From the NCBI RefSeq assembly GCF_013122565.1, contig NZ_CP053258.1: DNA of 64,000 nucleotides. One strand, written 5' to 3'. Below are positions 1 to 14,839 of this stretch, piece by piece. The notes beneath the pieces were generated by a model. That model was not told the origin of the DNA. It searched no databases and saw nothing but the letters and a program-made list of their open reading frames with translations. Origin of the DNA: Escherichia coli (GTDB lineage Bacteria; Pseudomonadota; Gammaproteobacteria; Enterobacterales; Enterobacteriaceae). Position 1 is the first letter of the stretch. The number at the start of each line of letters is the position of its first letter. The position numbers and the translations under genes were made by a program.

Positions 1-264
1 CATGGCTGGATTGAGGTTGTTGAGTCCATGACCTTATCCGTCTGATTCCGCCACTCTGTGCCGGTTTACTGCACCGGCACATTCCCCCTCCGGCAAAATT
101 TGTCCAACCTGTTGTACTCAATAAGAAAAAATCCGTGCGCTGATTCACAAATTTGTGCGTAATTTCTCCAGTCCGTTGGACGAGGAGCGGGATTTGATGC
201 GCTTCACAATTTTACTCCCCCTGAGCAACGAGACTGATTCCAGTATCTAAGACTGGAGTCCAGT

Positions 265-1047
265 ATGTTGGAATCAAGCAAAGTTCCCGCCCTGACACGG
301 GCTATTGATATTCTCAATTTGATTGCCCGCATTGGCCCCTGTAATGCTGCGACGATCATTGACACATTGGGGATCCCTAAAAGCACGACCTATTTGCTGC
401 TTAATGAACTCAGGCGTCAGCGTTTTCTTAGCCTTGATCACCAGGAAAATTTTTGTTTGTGGACCAGGCTGGTGGAGCTTTCCGGTCATGCGTTAAGCAA
501 GATGGATCTCCGGGAACTGGCTCGACCGCGTTTGACGCAACTGATGGATACCACCGGGCTGTTATGTCACCTGGGGATTATTGATAACGGCAGCGCTTAT
601 TACATTTTAAAAGTGGAGTCATCAGCCACTATCAGCGTGCGTTCCCATGAAGGAAAAAGCCTTTCGCTTTATCGCTCCGGAATAGGTAAATGCCTGCTTG
701 CCTGGCAACCTGCAGCGGTACAGCAAAGTATTATCGAAGGGCTGGTCTGGGAGCAGACGACACCCACAACGATTACTCATCCACAGCAACTTCACGAAGA
801 ACTGGCGCGTATTCGCCGTCAGGGCTGGAGCTATGACAACGGCGAAGATTACGCCGATGTCCGTTGTGTCGCTGCGCCGGTGTTTAACGCCAATAACGAG
901 CTTACCGCTGCGATCTCGGTGGTCGGTACCCGCTTACAAATCAATGAAGAATACCGTGATTATCTGGCGGGCAAGGCCATTGCCTGCGCCAGGGATATTT
1001 CACGTCTGTTGGGATGGAAAAGTCCCTTTGACTTACAAGCCTCATAA
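265..1047 (+). CDS. rhmR: IclR-family transcriptional regulator of the L-rhamnonate operon
   Basis: 260-aa ORF with N-terminal IclR-type HTH; GGAG SD 6 nt upstream of ATG; directly precedes rhmD-rhmT-rhmA as K-12 yfaX does. Confidence 0.85.
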   Translation: MLESSKVPALTRAIDILNLIARIGPCNAATIIDTLGIPKSTTYLLLNELRRQRFLSLDHQENFCLWTRLVELSGHALSKMDLRELARPRLTQLMDTTGLLCHLGIIDNGSAYYILKVESSATISVRSHEGKSLSLYRSGIGKCLLAWQPAAVQQSIIEGLVWEQTTPTTITHPQQLHEELARIRRQGWSYDNGEDYADVRCVAAPVFNANNELTAAISVVGTRLQINEEYRDYLAGKAIACARDISRLLGWKSPFDLQAS

Positions 1048-1061
1048 CAATGGAGAACATC

Positions 1062-2267
1062 ATGACCCTACCAAAAATTAAACAGGTTCGCGCCTGGTTT
1101 ACTGGCGGTGCGACAGCAGAAAAAGGCGCTGGCGGCGGTGATTATCACGACCAGGGGGCGAATCACTGGATAGACGATCATATTGCCACCCCGATGAGTA
1201 AATACCGCGATTACGAGCAGTCACGCCAGTCATTTGGCATTAACGTTCTTGGCACGTTGGTTGTTGAAGTCGAAGCAGAAAACGGCCAGACCGGATTCGC
1301 TGTTTCGACAGCCGGTGAAATGGGCTGTTTTATCGTCGAAAAACACCTTAACCGTTTCATTGAGGGTAAATGTGTCAGTGATATCAAACTGATCCACGAT
1401 CAAATGCTCAATGCCACCCTGTATTACTCCGGCTCTGGTGGCCTGGTGATGAATACGATTTCCTGTGTCGATCTGGCTCTGTGGGATCTGTTCGGCAAAG
1501 TGGTTGGGCTTCCGATTTATAAACTTTTAGGCGGCGCTGTTCGTGATGAGATTCAGTTCTACGCCACAGGTGCGCGTCCGGATCTGGCAAAAGAGATGGG
1601 CTTTATCGGTGGCAAAATGCCGACGCACTGGGGGCCACATGATGGCGATGCGGGGATCCGCAAAGATGCCGCTATGGTCGCGGATATGCGTGAAAAATGC
1701 GGTGAGGATTTCTGGTTAATGCTCGACTGCTGGATGAGTCAGGACGTGAACTATGCCACCAAACTGGCCCACGCTTGCGCGCCCTATAACCTGAAATGGA
1801 TCGAAGAGTGCCTGCCGCCACAGCAGTATGAAGGTTATCGCGAACTGAAACGCAACGCCCCAGCGGGGATGATGGTCACCAGTGGTGAGCACCACGGCAC
1901 ACTGCAATCTTTTCGTACGCTTTCAGAAACCGGTATCGACATCATGCAGCCGGATGTTGGCTGGTGCGGTGGCTTAACCACGCTGGTGGAAATTGCCGCA
2001 ATCGCCAAATCCAGGGGGCAACTGGTGGTGCCGCACGGTTCGTCTGTTTACTCCCACCATGCGGTGATCACCTTCACCAATACGCCATTCAGTGAATTCC
2101 TGATGACCAGCCCGGATTGTTCAACGATGCGTCCGCAATTTGATCCGATTCTGCTTAATGAGCCGGTTCCGGTGAATGGTCGTATTCATAAATCAGTGCT
2201 TGATAAGCCCGGTTTCGGCGTCGAACTCAATCGTGACTGCAATTTGAAACGCCCCTACAGCCACTAA
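1062..2267 (+). CDS. rhmD: L-rhamnonate dehydratase (enolase superfamily)
   Basis: Enolase/mandelate-racemase-like protein; start placed at second ATG (1062), which has a GGAG SD 6 nt upstream, whereas the ORF-track ATG at 1050 has none; giving 401 aa. Confidence 0.85.
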   Translation: MTLPKIKQVRAWFTGGATAEKGAGGGDYHDQGANHWIDDHIATPMSKYRDYEQSRQSFGINVLGTLVVEVEAENGQTGFAVSTAGEMGCFIVEKHLNRFIEGKCVSDIKLIHDQMLNATLYYSGSGGLVMNTISCVDLALWDLFGKVVGLPIYKLLGGAVRDEIQFYATGARPDLAKEMGFIGGKMPTHWGPHDGDAGIRKDAAMVADMREKCGEDFWLMLDCWMSQDVNYATKLAHACAPYNLKWIEECLPPQQYEGYRELKRNAPAGMMVTSGEHHGTLQSFRTLSETGIDIMQPDVGWCGGLTTLVEIAAIAKSRGQLVVPHGSSVYSHHAVITFTNTPFSEFLMTSPDCSTMRPQFDPILLNEPVPVNGRIHKSVLDKPGFGVELNRDCNLKRPYSH

Positions 2268-2323
2268 TCACTCCGGGCGTTGCTGTGAGAACGGTAATGC
2301 CCACATATTCTAAGGAGCTTTTT

Positions 2324-3613
2324 ATGAGCACCGCTTTGCTTGACGCCGTGGTGAAGAAAAACCGTGCGCGTTTAATTCCGTTTATGTTGGCGCTGTATGT
2401 GCTGGCGTTTCTCGACCGTTCGAATATTGGTTTTGCCAAACAGACCTACCAGATTGATACCGGGCTGAGTAATGAAGCTTATGCGCTGGGAGCAGGCATT
2501 TTCTTTGTGGTATACGCGTTTCTGGGGGTTCCGGCGAATCTTTTGATGCGAAAACTGGGGGCCAGAACCTGGATTGGTACGACAACACTGCTGTGGGGAT
2601 TTCTTTCGGCAGCCATGGCATGGGCCGATACTGAAGCGAAATTTCTGATTGTTCGCACTCTGCTTGGTGCTGCGGAGGCTGGGTTTTTCCCTGGTATGAT
2701 TTATCTCACCTCGCAATGGTTTCCGCAGAGTAATCGCGCCAGCATTATGGGGCTGTTCTATATGGGCGCACCGCTGGCGTTAACACTGGGATCACCGCTT
2801 TCTGGCGCGCTGCTGGAGATGCATGGATTTATGGGGCATCCCGGCTGGTTCTGGATGTTTGTGATTGAAGGATTGTTGGCAGTCGGCGCTGGGGTATTCA
2901 CATTCTTTTGGCTTGATGACACACCGGAGCAGGCACGTTTTCTGAGTAAACAAGAAAAAAAGTTGCTTATCAATCAACTGGCAAGTGAAGAACAACAGAA
3001 AGTGACTTCCCGAATGAGCGATGCGCTGCGTAATGGGCGAGTCTGGCAACTGGCGATTATCTACCTGACCATTCAGGTGGCGGTTTACGGATTAATTTTC
3101 TTCTTGCCGACCCAGGTTGCTGCATTGCTGGGGACAAAAGTGGGCTTTACGGCGTCGGTGGTCACCGCCATTCCGTGGGTTGCTGCCTTATTTGGGACCT
3201 GGCTTATTCCGCGCTATTCCGATAAAACCGGCGAACGGCGTAATGTCGCAGCGCTGACATTACTGGCGGCGGGCATTGGTATTGGTCTGTCCGGGCTGCT
3301 TTCTCCAGTAATGGCGATCGTAGCGCTGTGTGTTGCAGCCATCGGGTTTATTGCCGTGCAGCCGGTGTTCTGGACGATGCCGACACAACTGCTTTCCGGT
3401 ACGGCGCTGGCTGCGGGGATTGGTTTTGTAAACCTGTTTGGTGCAGTGGGCGGGTTTATTGCCCCGATCCTGCGCGTGAAAGCAGAAACGTTATTTGCCA
3501 GCGATGCGGCGGGATTACTGACGCTGGCAGCGGTGGCGGTCATCGGTTCGCTGATTATTTTCACTCTGCGTGTATATCGTACTGTTGCGCAGACCGATGT
3601 GGCACATCATTAA
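2324..3613 (+). CDS. rhmT: MFS transporter, probable L-rhamnonate importer
   Basis: Polytopic MFS-like protein; ORF track starts at GTG 2285, but ATG 2324 has a strong AAGGAG SD 7 nt upstream, giving 429 aa. Confidence 0.85.
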   Translation: MSTALLDAVVKKNRARLIPFMLALYVLAFLDRSNIGFAKQTYQIDTGLSNEAYALGAGIFFVVYAFLGVPANLLMRKLGARTWIGTTTLLWGFLSAAMAWADTEAKFLIVRTLLGAAEAGFFPGMIYLTSQWFPQSNRASIMGLFYMGAPLALTLGSPLSGALLEMHGFMGHPGWFWMFVIEGLLAVGAGVFTFFWLDDTPEQARFLSKQEKKLLINQLASEEQQKVTSRMSDALRNGRVWQLAIIYLTIQVAVYGLIFFLPTQVAALLGTKVGFTASVVTAIPWVAALFGTWLIPRYSDKTGERRNVAALTLLAAGIGIGLSGLLSPVMAIVALCVAAIGFIAVQPVFWTMPTQLLSGTALAAGIGFVNLFGAVGGFIAPILRVKAETLFASDAAGLLTLAAVAVIGSLIIFTLRVYRTVAQTDVAHH

Positions 3614-3630
3614 ATAGGTTAAGGAACACG

Positions 3631-4434
3631 ATGAACGCATTATTAACCAATCCCTTTAAAGAACGTTTACGCAAGGGCGAAGTGCAAATTGGTCTGTGGT
3701 TAAGCTCAACAACTGCCTATATGGCAGAAATTGCCGCCACTTCCGGTTATGACTGGTTGCTGATTGACGGGGAGCACGCGCCAAACACCATTCAGGATCT
3801 TTATCACCAGCTACAGGCGGTAGCGCCCTATGCCAGCCAACCCGTGATCCGTCCGGTGGAAGGCAGTAAACCGCTGATTAAACAAGTCCTGGATATTGGC
3901 GCGCAAACTCTACTGATCCCGATGGTCGATACTGCCGATCAGGCACGTCAGGTGGTGTCTGCCACGCGCTATCCTCCCTACGGTGAGCGTGGTGTCGGGG
4001 CCAGTGTGGCACGGGCTGCGCGCTGGGGACGCATTGAGAATTACATGGCGCAAGTTAACGATTCACTTTGTCTGTTGGTGCAGGTGGAAAGTAAAACGGC
4101 ACTGGATAACCTGGACGAAATCCTCGACGTCGAAGGGATTGATGGCGTGTTTATTGGACCTGCGGATCTTTCTGCGTCGTTGGGCTACCCGGATAACGCC
4201 GGGCACCCGGAAGTGCAGCGAATTATTGAAACCAGTATTCGGCGGATCCGTGCTGCGGGTAAAGCGGCTGGTTTTCTGGCTGTGGCTCCTGATATGGCGC
4301 AGCAATGCCTGGCGTGGGGAGCGAACTTTGTCGCTGTTGGCGTTGACACGATGCTCTACAGCAATGCCCTGGATCAACGACTGGCGATGTTTAAATCAGG
4401 CAAAAATGGGCCACGCATAAAAGGTAGTTATTGA
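3631..4434 (+). CDS. rhmA: 2-keto-3-deoxy-L-rhamnonate aldolase (HpcH/HpaI family)
   Basis: 267-aa protein from ATG 3631 (SD AAGGAA upstream); the ORF-track entry 3328..4434 is an artefactual N-terminal extension overlapping rhmT. Confidence 0.85.
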   Translation: MNALLTNPFKERLRKGEVQIGLWLSSTTAYMAEIAATSGYDWLLIDGEHAPNTIQDLYHQLQAVAPYASQPVIRPVEGSKPLIKQVLDIGAQTLLIPMVDTADQARQVVSATRYPPYGERGVGASVARAARWGRIENYMAQVNDSLCLLVQVESKTALDNLDEILDVEGIDGVFIGPADLSASLGYPDNAGHPEVQRIIETSIRRIRAAGKAAGFLAVAPDMAQQCLAWGANFVAVGVDTMLYSNALDQRLAMFKSGKNGPRIKGSY

Positions 4435-4440
4435 TATCAA

Positions 4441-4467
4441 AGGCCCATGGGGATCGGCTGTGGGCCT
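4441..4467. terminator. Hairpin between convergent rhmA and ypaA (aggccca...tgggcct)
   Basis: 7-bp inverted repeat with 13-nt loop in the 40-bp gap between convergent genes. Confidence 0.4.
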
Positions 4468-4474
4468 GTGTTAA

Positions 4475-4696
4475 TTAGTGGTTATTCGCTGCCAGATCGG
4501 CTTCGCTTAGCTGGGTGGCCGCGAGCACCAGGTCACGATCAATGCCCTGTTCCAGCATGCGCAAAGCAATTTTAATGGCTTGTTCATGCATACCTTCCTG
4601 CAAACCTTCTAATTTACCTTGCTGCAAACCTACTAATTTACCTTCTTGCCAGCCAATTTGATGTCCTTCCTGCCGTAGCCGTTCAGCAATAGTCAT
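4475..4696 (-). CDS. ypaA: Small protein paralogous to the C-terminal ~56 aa of RpnB, with a repeat expansion
   Basis: 73 aa from ATG 4696 (ORF track begins one codon earlier at TTG); AAGGAGAG SD; near-identical at DNA level to rpnB 3' end; 12 nt downstream of rpnB stop. Confidence 0.7.
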   Translation of the reverse strand: MTIAERLRQEGHQIGWQEGKLVGLQQGKLEGLQEGMHEQAIKIALRMLEQGIDRDLVLAATQLSEADLAANNH

Positions 4697-4708
4697 CAAT
4701 CTCTCCTT

Positions 4709-4879
4709 TTAATGACAGTTCGGAATATCAGCATCAGTGAGTTGGGTTGCCGCCAGCACAATCTCACGTTCAAAGCCCTGCTCCAGCATGCGCAAAGCAA
4801 TTTTAATGGCTTGTTCATGCATACCTTCCTGCCAGCCAATTTGATGTCCTTCCTGCCGTAGCCGTTCAGCAATAGTCAT
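4709..4879 (-). CDS. Candidate in-frame internal small ORF within rpnB (56 aa, RpnS-like)
   Basis: Internal ATG at 4879 preceded by SD AAGGAGAG with 5-nt spacing, the same context as ypaA; shares frame and stop with rpnB. Confidence 0.45.
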   Translation of the reverse strand: MTIAERLRQEGHQIGWQEGMHEQAIKIALRMLEQGFEREIVLAATQLTDADIPNCH

Positions 4880-5608
4880 CAATCTCTCCTTTTGTAGTGG
4901 TGAACGTTCGGCAATCTCCTCAATAAAACGGGTGAAACGGGAGGTATCGCCGCATTGCAGCAGATAATTAAACAGTGTTTGTAGCTGGCTGTCATTAGTG
5001 AAGCCTTTAACCAAAAGCGTGGTGATCCTGTCGACCATACCGATTAAATCGCGGTCGCGAATATGCTTTTGAATCAGTTCAAGCAGAGCTATACGCCGAT
5101 GTTGCATGATCTCATCGTCAGGTACGATGGTGATATCCACCAACGGAAAAGCTTCGGTGTACAACTGCCGGGCAAGTTGCGGATCGTCAAACTCATCCAG
5201 CCAGTTAAGTGAGTACGGGTAGGGCGAGGTTTCGCCATGATAAAACAGCAATGGCACCACCAGCGGAACTCTGTCATAGCCTTTATCCAGGTGACGCTGC
5301 ATGGCGGCAGTGGCATAGCGCATTAGCCGAAAAGCCATATTCTTTTCTGCAGAGCTTTGATGTTCAATCACGCAGTAGATATAACCGTCACCGTCGCTGG
5401 TTTCCACGGACCACAAAACATCCGAGTAGTAAGCGCGTAAACTTTTTTCAATAAAACTGGTGGGTTCCAGGCGTAAGGTTTGCAGGTTGCAAAGCTTGCG
5501 CAGCGGCTCTGGTAGATGTATTTCCAGAAAATCCCGTGCGGTTTCGGGTGTGAACATAAAGGTTTTAAACACCGCATCATGCGGGGAGGAGGTTGTTGAT
5601 TCGGTCAT
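4709..5608 (-). CDS. rpnB: Recombination-promoting nuclease, YhgA-like (Rpn) family
   Basis: 299-aa ORF; synteny with K-12 yfaD between glpC and rhmA; family assignment from recall. Confidence 0.8.
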   Translation of the reverse strand: MTESTTSSPHDAVFKTFMFTPETARDFLEIHLPEPLRKLCNLQTLRLEPTSFIEKSLRAYYSDVLWSVETSDGDGYIYCVIEHQSSAEKNMAFRLMRYATAAMQRHLDKGYDRVPLVVPLLFYHGETSPYPYSLNWLDEFDDPQLARQLYTEAFPLVDITIVPDDEIMQHRRIALLELIQKHIRDRDLIGMVDRITTLLVKGFTNDSQLQTLFNYLLQCGDTSRFTRFIEEIAERSPLQKERLMTIAERLRQEGHQIGWQEGMHEQAIKIALRMLEQGFEREIVLAATQLTDADIPNCH

Positions 5609-5754
5609 GGTTGTCCGTCACCTGATATTTATGATGACGCGACATTACGGTTATCCCAGGCCTTTGACATCTGCCAGTTTCAGCCTTTGCGAGACGTTTT
5701 CAGAGGAATTTTCACTGCGTTGCAACGCATACATTGGGCACGGAATCGTGTACG

Positions 5755-5790
5755 CAAAAATGCCCGGTAACAACATGCTTACCGGGCATC
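5755..5790 (-). terminator. Rho-independent terminator of glpACB
   Basis: Read on minus strand: gcccggtaagc-loop-gttaccgggc hairpin followed by TTTTT, immediately 3' of glpC stop. Confidence 0.6.
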
Positions 5791-5800
5791 AGAAGGGAGT

Positions 5801-9865
<4,065 letters not shown>

Positions 9866-9945
9866 TGTTATCCCTCTGAAGTTCGTTTTTTACCATTTAG
9901 CCATAGTAAAAACATGAATTGTTTGATTTCGCGCATATTCGCTCA

Positions 9946-9995
9946 TAATTCGAAAATGAAACGTGATTTCATGCGTCATTTTGAACATTTTGTAA
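9946..9995. promoter_or_regulatory. Palindromic operator-like elements in the glpA/glpT control region (candidate GlpR sites)
   Basis: atgaaacgtgatttcat palindrome and ttttgaacat half-site in the divergent intergenic region. Confidence 0.4.
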
Positions 9996-10011
9996 ATCTT
10001 ATTTAATAATG

Positions 10012-10027
10012 TGTGCGGCAATTCACA
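10012..10027. promoter_or_regulatory. CRP-like site tgtgcggcaattcaca
   Basis: TGTG-N8-CACA with the correct 16-bp geometry in the glpA/glpT divergent region. Confidence 0.5.
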
Positions 10028-10137
10028 TTTAATTTCTGAATGTTTTCTTAACATCGCGGCAACTCAAGAAACGGCTGGTTCTCCCACTGAATCAGGCTGT
10101 TAATCATAAATAAGACCACGGGCCACGGAGGCTTTCA

Positions 10138-11496
10138 ATGTTGAGTATTTTTAAACCGGCGCCACACAAAGCGCGCTTACCTGCTGCGGAGATCGATCCG
10201 ACTTATCGTCGATTGCGCTGGCAAATTTTCCTGGGGATATTCTTTGGCTATGCTGCTTACTATTTGGTTCGTAAGAACTTTGCGCTCGCTATGCCTTACC
10301 TGGTGGAGCAGGGATTCTCACGCGGTGATTTAGGTTTTGCGCTTTCTGGGATCTCGATCGCCTATGGATTTTCGAAATTCATCATGGGTTCGGTATCGGA
10401 TCGCTCGAATCCGCGCGTTTTCCTGCCCGCAGGTTTGATTCTGGCGGCGGCAGTGATGTTGTTTATGGGCTTTGTGCCATGGGCGACGTCGAGCATTGCG
10501 GTGATGTTTGTACTGTTGTTCCTCTGCGGCTGGTTCCAGGGAATGGGGTGGCCGCCGTGTGGTCGTACTATGGTGCACTGGTGGTCGCAGAAAGAACGTG
10601 GCGGCATTGTGTCAGTATGGAACTGTGCGCACAACGTCGGTGGTGGTATTCCGCCGCTGCTGTTCCTGCTGGGGATGGCCTGGTTCAATGACTGGCACGC
10701 GGCGCTCTATATGCCCGCTTTCTGCGCCATTCTGGTGGCACTATTCGCCTTTGCGATGATGCGCGATACCCCGCAATCCTGTGGTCTGCCGCCGATCGAA
10801 GAGTACAAAAATGATTATCCGGACGACTATAACGAAAAAGCGGAACAGGAGCTGACTGCGAAGCAAATCTTCATGCAGTACGTGCTGCCGAACAAATTGC
10901 TGTGGTACATCGCCATCGCCAACGTGTTCGTTTATCTGCTGCGTTACGGCATCCTCGACTGGTCACCAACTTATCTGAAAGAGGTTAAGCATTTCGCGCT
11001 GGATAAATCCTCCTGGGCCTACTTCCTTTATGAATATGCAGGAATTCCGGGCACCCTGCTGTGTGGATGGATGTCGGATAAAGTCTTCCGTGGCAACCGT
11101 GGGGCAACCGGCGTCTTCTTTATGACACTGGTGACCATCGCGACTATCGTTTACTGGATGAACCCAGCGGGCAATCCGAACGTCGATATGATTTGTATGA
11201 TTGTTATCGGCTTCCTGATTTACGGCCCTGTGATGCTGATCGGTCTGCATGCGCTGGAACTGGCACCGAAAAAAGCGGCAGGTACGGCAGCGGGCTTTAC
11301 CGGGCTGTTTGGTTACCTGGGCGGTTCGGTGGCGGCGAGCGCGATTGTTGGCTATACCGTGGACTTCTTTGGCTGGGATGGCGGCTTTATGGTAATGATT
11401 GGCGGCAGCATTCTGGCGGTTATCTTGTTGATTGTTGTGATGATTGGCGAAAAACGTCGCCATCAGGAATTACTGCAAAAACGCAACGGAGGCTAA
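10138..11496 (+). CDS. glpT: Glycerol-3-phosphate:phosphate antiporter (MFS)
   Basis: 452-aa MFS protein; GGAGG SD upstream; synteny with glpQ. Confidence 0.93.
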   Translation: MLSIFKPAPHKARLPAAEIDPTYRRLRWQIFLGIFFGYAAYYLVRKNFALAMPYLVEQGFSRGDLGFALSGISIAYGFSKFIMGSVSDRSNPRVFLPAGLILAAAVMLFMGFVPWATSSIAVMFVLLFLCGWFQGMGWPPCGRTMVHWWSQKERGGIVSVWNCAHNVGGGIPPLLFLLGMAWFNDWHAALYMPAFCAILVALFAFAMMRDTPQSCGLPPIEEYKNDYPDDYNEKAEQELTAKQIFMQYVLPNKLLWYIAIANVFVYLLRYGILDWSPTYLKEVKHFALDKSSWAYFLYEYAGIPGTLLCGWMSDKVFRGNRGATGVFFMTLVTIATIVYWMNPAGNPNVDMICMIVIGFLIYGPVMLIGLHALELAPKKAAGTAAGFTGLFGYLGGSVAASAIVGYTVDFFGWDGGFMVMIGGSILAVILLIVVMIGEKRRHQELLQKRNGG

Positions 11497-11500
11497 TGGC

Positions 11501-12577
11501 ATGAAATTGACGCTGAAAAACCTTAGCATGGCGATCATGATGAGTGGAATGATCATGGGAAGCAGTGCAATGGCGGCGGACAGCAACGAAAAAATAGTCA
11601 TCGCCCATCGCGGTGCCAGTGGATATTTGCCGGAGCATACGCTGCCAGCAAAAGCGATGGCGTATGCGCAGGGAGCGGATTATCTTGAACAGGATTTGGT
11701 GATGACCAAAGACGACCATCTGGTTGTTCTGCATGACCATTATCTCGATCGTGTTACTGATGTTGCCGATCGTTTCCCGGATCGGGCGCGCAAAGACGGT
11801 CGTTACTACGCGATAGATTTCACGCTGGATGAAATTAAGTCGCTGAAATTTACCGAAGGTTTCGATATTGAAAACGGTAAAAAAGTGCAGACTTATCCGG
11901 GGCGTTTCCCAATGGGTAAGTCCGACTTTCGGGTGCACACCTTTGAAGAAGAGATTGAATTTGTTCAGGGGTTAAATCACTCTACCGGGAAAAATATCGG
12001 TATCTATCCAGAAATCAAAGCGCCGTGGTTCCATCATCAGGAAGGGAAGGATATTGCGGCAAAAACGCTGGAAGTGCTGAAGAAATATGGTTACACCGGT
12101 AAGGACGATAAAGTTTATTTGCAATGTTTTGATGCTGATGAGCTGAAGCGTATTAAGAATGAGCTGGAACCTAAAATGGGCATGGATCTCAATCTGGTAC
12201 AGCTGATTGCCTATACCGACTGGAATGAAACGCAGCAGAAACAGCCGGATGGAAGCTGGGTTAATTACAACTACGACTGGATGTTTAATCCGGGTGCGAT
12301 GAAACAGGTGGCGGAATATGCTGATGGTATTGGTCCGGATTACCATATGTTGATTGAGGAGACATCGCAGCCGGGTAATATCAAACTCACTGGCATGGTG
12401 CAAGATGCTCAGCAGAATAAACTAGTAGTGCATCCTTATACCGTGCGGTCAGATAAACTGCCTGAATACACTACTGATGTGAATCAGTTATATGATGCTC
12501 TGTATAACAAAGCGGGTGTAAATGGGCTGTTTACTGATTTCCCTGACAAGGCAGTAAAATTTCTTAATAAAGAGTAA
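11501..12577 (+). CDS. glpQ: Periplasmic glycerophosphodiester phosphodiesterase
   Basis: 358 aa from ATG 11501 (SD GGAGG); signal peptide; GP-PDE HRG motif (IAHRGASGYLPEHT). Confidence 0.92.
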   Translation: MKLTLKNLSMAIMMSGMIMGSSAMAADSNEKIVIAHRGASGYLPEHTLPAKAMAYAQGADYLEQDLVMTKDDHLVVLHDHYLDRVTDVADRFPDRARKDGRYYAIDFTLDEIKSLKFTEGFDIENGKKVQTYPGRFPMGKSDFRVHTFEEEIEFVQGLNHSTGKNIGIYPEIKAPWFHHQEGKDIAAKTLEVLKKYGYTGKDDKVYLQCFDADELKRIKNELEPKMGMDLNLVQLIAYTDWNETQQKQPDGSWVNYNYDWMFNPGAMKQVAEYADGIGPDYHMLIEETSQPGNIKLTGMVQDAQQNKLVVHPYTVRSDKLPEYTTDVNQLYDALYNKAGVNGLFTDFPDKAVKFLNKE

Positions 12578-12585
12578 TGCTACTG

Positions 12586-12611
12586 CAGGATGGCGTTCAT
12601 GCGCCATCCTG
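12586..12611. terminator. Bidirectional hairpin between glpQ and the LysR gene
   Basis: caggatggcg-ttcat-cgccatcctg perfect inverted repeat. Confidence 0.5.
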
Positions 12612-12618
12612 TCTCACA

Positions 12619-13497
12619 TCAAATTTTTCCACTCTCCACTAATTGTTCCGTGCACATTTGCAGTAAAAACAGTGGGCTGCCTTCTACCGGCTTTTCTTTA
12701 GCCAGCAACGAAATCTGTCGATAGAAGGTTGGTTCGAGAGGAACGGAACACAATTCACCTGCAATGGTTTTCAGAGTTAACTCTGGTAATAAGGCGATAC
12801 CTAATCCCTGTCGAATAAAACTGATCGCTGTATCCGGGTGATTAAATTCATATTTTATCTGCGGGGTAATATTCTTTTCTTTAAATAACGTCATAATGCT
12901 TAATTCATAGCGCCCTTTACTAATAATTAACGATTCACCCATTAGCTCTTCCACTGTAATAGTGCTGCTTTTTGCCAGAGCATGGTCGGGCGGTAACACT
13001 ACGGTGAATTTATCCTGATAAATGGGCACGGAGTACATTCCGCTTACCGGAAAATGAACAAAACCGGCATCAATGGATTCATTCTGAAGCGAATCAATAA
13101 TCGCTGTGCTATTTTCCTCAAAAGGAATAATTTTTATATTCGGATGATGAATTTCAAAGTAGCGAATCACAACCGGTAAGATACAGGCGCAGACGCTGGG
13201 GAAACAACCAAGTCGCAGCGTTCTTTGAGGGTTCTGCTTTTCCTGTTCGGCTATCTCTTTTACTGCGTTAACTTCCCGATTAATGGCGCGCAGATGATGC
13301 ACAATGCGGTGGCCTGCTGTGGTCAGTTGTATAGTTTTACGGCGATCGCGTAACAGTATATTCACGCCAAGTTCTTGTTCGAGGGCAGCAATTGCCTGGC
13401 TTACCGCCGACTGCGTCATGAACAATCGCTTGCTGGCTTCAGTAAAGCCACCGTAATCCAGCACGGCGAGTAAAGAATTTATTTGGGTAAGAGTCAT
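12619..13497 (-). CDS. LysR-family transcriptional regulator
   Basis: 292 aa with N-terminal LysR HTH; occupies the position of the K-12 yfaH fragment as I recall. Confidence 0.8.
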   Translation of the reverse strand: MTLTQINSLLAVLDYGGFTEASKRLFMTQSAVSQAIAALEQELGVNILLRDRRKTIQLTTAGHRIVHHLRAINREVNAVKEIAEQEKQNPQRTLRLGCFPSVCACILPVVIRYFEIHHPNIKIIPFEENSTAIIDSLQNESIDAGFVHFPVSGMYSVPIYQDKFTVVLPPDHALAKSSTITVEELMGESLIISKGRYELSIMTLFKEKNITPQIKYEFNHPDTAISFIRQGLGIALLPELTLKTIAGELCSVPLEPTFYRQISLLAKEKPVEGSPLFLLQMCTEQLVESGKI

Positions 13498-13648
13498 TAG
13501 GGTGTACTAATCAATAATATTAAAACGATTAATTTCTCTAATAGCATGCCGCCATTTATACTTTTGTTCTGCAAAGTACATCACAATTTGACGCAACCGC
13601 AGTAACGGGAGTGTTGTCTGCGTGCGTCATCCTGATAGGCGGTAGGGT

Positions 13649-14839
13649 ATGAAAGAGAAGTTATGGACGAAGGATTTTTGGGCAATAACCATCATCAGCT
13701 TTATTATTTTCTTCGTCTTTTATGTTTTACTAACATTGTTGCCAATTTATATCTCTGACCGCTTACATGCCTCTCCTGATAAAGCCGGTTTGTTGGTGAC
13801 TTTATTTTTAATTGCCGCCATTGTTATTCGCCCCTTTGCCGGGCAATGGGTGGGTAAATATTCGAATAAAACTATTCTGGTGCTCTCTTCTCTGGCCTTT
13901 TTATTGGTCACAGCGTTGTATCCTTTTTGCCACTCAATTGAATCACTACTTTTTATTCGGGTGCTTCATGGTATTACCTTCGGGGTTATCACTACGGTAA
14001 AAGGAACGATTTCCGCGCGGCTGATCCCGGCCTCCCGACGTGGGGAGGGCATCAGTTTTTTCTCCCTGGCAATGGGGCTGGCAATGGTGGTCGGGCCGTG
14101 GATTGGTCTGAATATGGCGCGCTGGGAAGCCTTTAATCTGGCTTTCTGGCTATGCACGGGCGTGGCAGCGGTGGGGATTATCCTGTCGCTGATTATGACA
14201 GTGCCACCGGTTATCAGCCATGCTGATGGTTCAAAGCCGAAAGTGGGCTTCGCCGCCATGTTCGATCGCGCAGCGTTGCCATTTGCGATGGTCACCTTTT
14301 TTATGACCTTTTCGTATGCCGGGGTTTCTGCTTTTCTGGCGCTTTATGCTCGCGAACTTAACCTGATGTCGGCGGCCAGTAATTTCCTGCTTTGCTATGC
14401 CATCTTCCTGATGATCTGCCGTACCTTTACCGGCAATGTCTGCGACAAAAAAGGACCGAAATATGTGGTTTACCCTTGCCTTGTGTTCTTTACGGTAGGA
14501 CTGGTGGTTCTCGGCTACACCCAGGGAAGCATAATGATGGTTATTTCTGGCGCGTTGATTGGTATCGGGTATGGTTCTGTGACGCCAGTTTTTCAGACGC
14601 AGATTATCAGTTCAGTGGAGCCGCATAAAATCGGTGTCGCAAACTCTCTCTTCTTCAATGCGATGGATGCAGGCCTGGCGCTGGGAGCCTTTGTGATGGG
14701 GATGATGGTTGCACATACTGGCTATCGGATGATCTATCTGCTGGGCGCACTATTAGTGGTAGTGGCTGGTGGAGTCTATGCGCTGCAAATGAAGGGTAAA
14801 AGCCCTGTCGCGCTAGTAGTGGCAAAAGAAATTCATTAA
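13649..14839 (+). CDS. MFS transporter (probable efflux/permease), divergent from the LysR gene
   Basis: 396-aa highly hydrophobic protein, about 12 predicted TM segments. Confidence 0.8.
   Translation: MKEKLWTKDFWAITIISFIIFFVFYVLLTLLPIYISDRLHASPDKAGLLVTLFLIAAIVIRPFAGQWVGKYSNKTILVLSSLAFLLVTALYPFCHSIESLLFIRVLHGITFGVITTVKGTISARLIPASRRGEGISFFSLAMGLAMVVGPWIGLNMARWEAFNLAFWLCTGVAAVGIILSLIMTVPPVISHADGSKPKVGFAAMFDRAALPFAMVTFFMTFSYAGVSAFLALYARELNLMSAASNFLLCYAIFLMICRTFTGNVCDKKGPKYVVYPCLVFFTVGLVVLGYTQGSIMMVISGALIGIGYGSVTPVFQTQIISSVEPHKIGVANSLFFNAMDAGLALGAFVMGMMVAHTGYRMIYLLGALLVVVAGGVYALQMKGKSPVALVVAKEIH

Noticed and set aside
204-489. Two small minus-strand ORFs (60 and 71 aa) overlapping the rhmR start
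   Set aside because: They overlap the rhmR promoter and 5' coding region antisense, with no SD and no recognisable fold
3328-4434. 368-aa extended ORF upstream of rhmA overlapping rhmT
   Set aside because: The extension overlaps the rhmT 3' end in another frame; ATG 3631 with its own SD gives the expected ~267-aa aldolase
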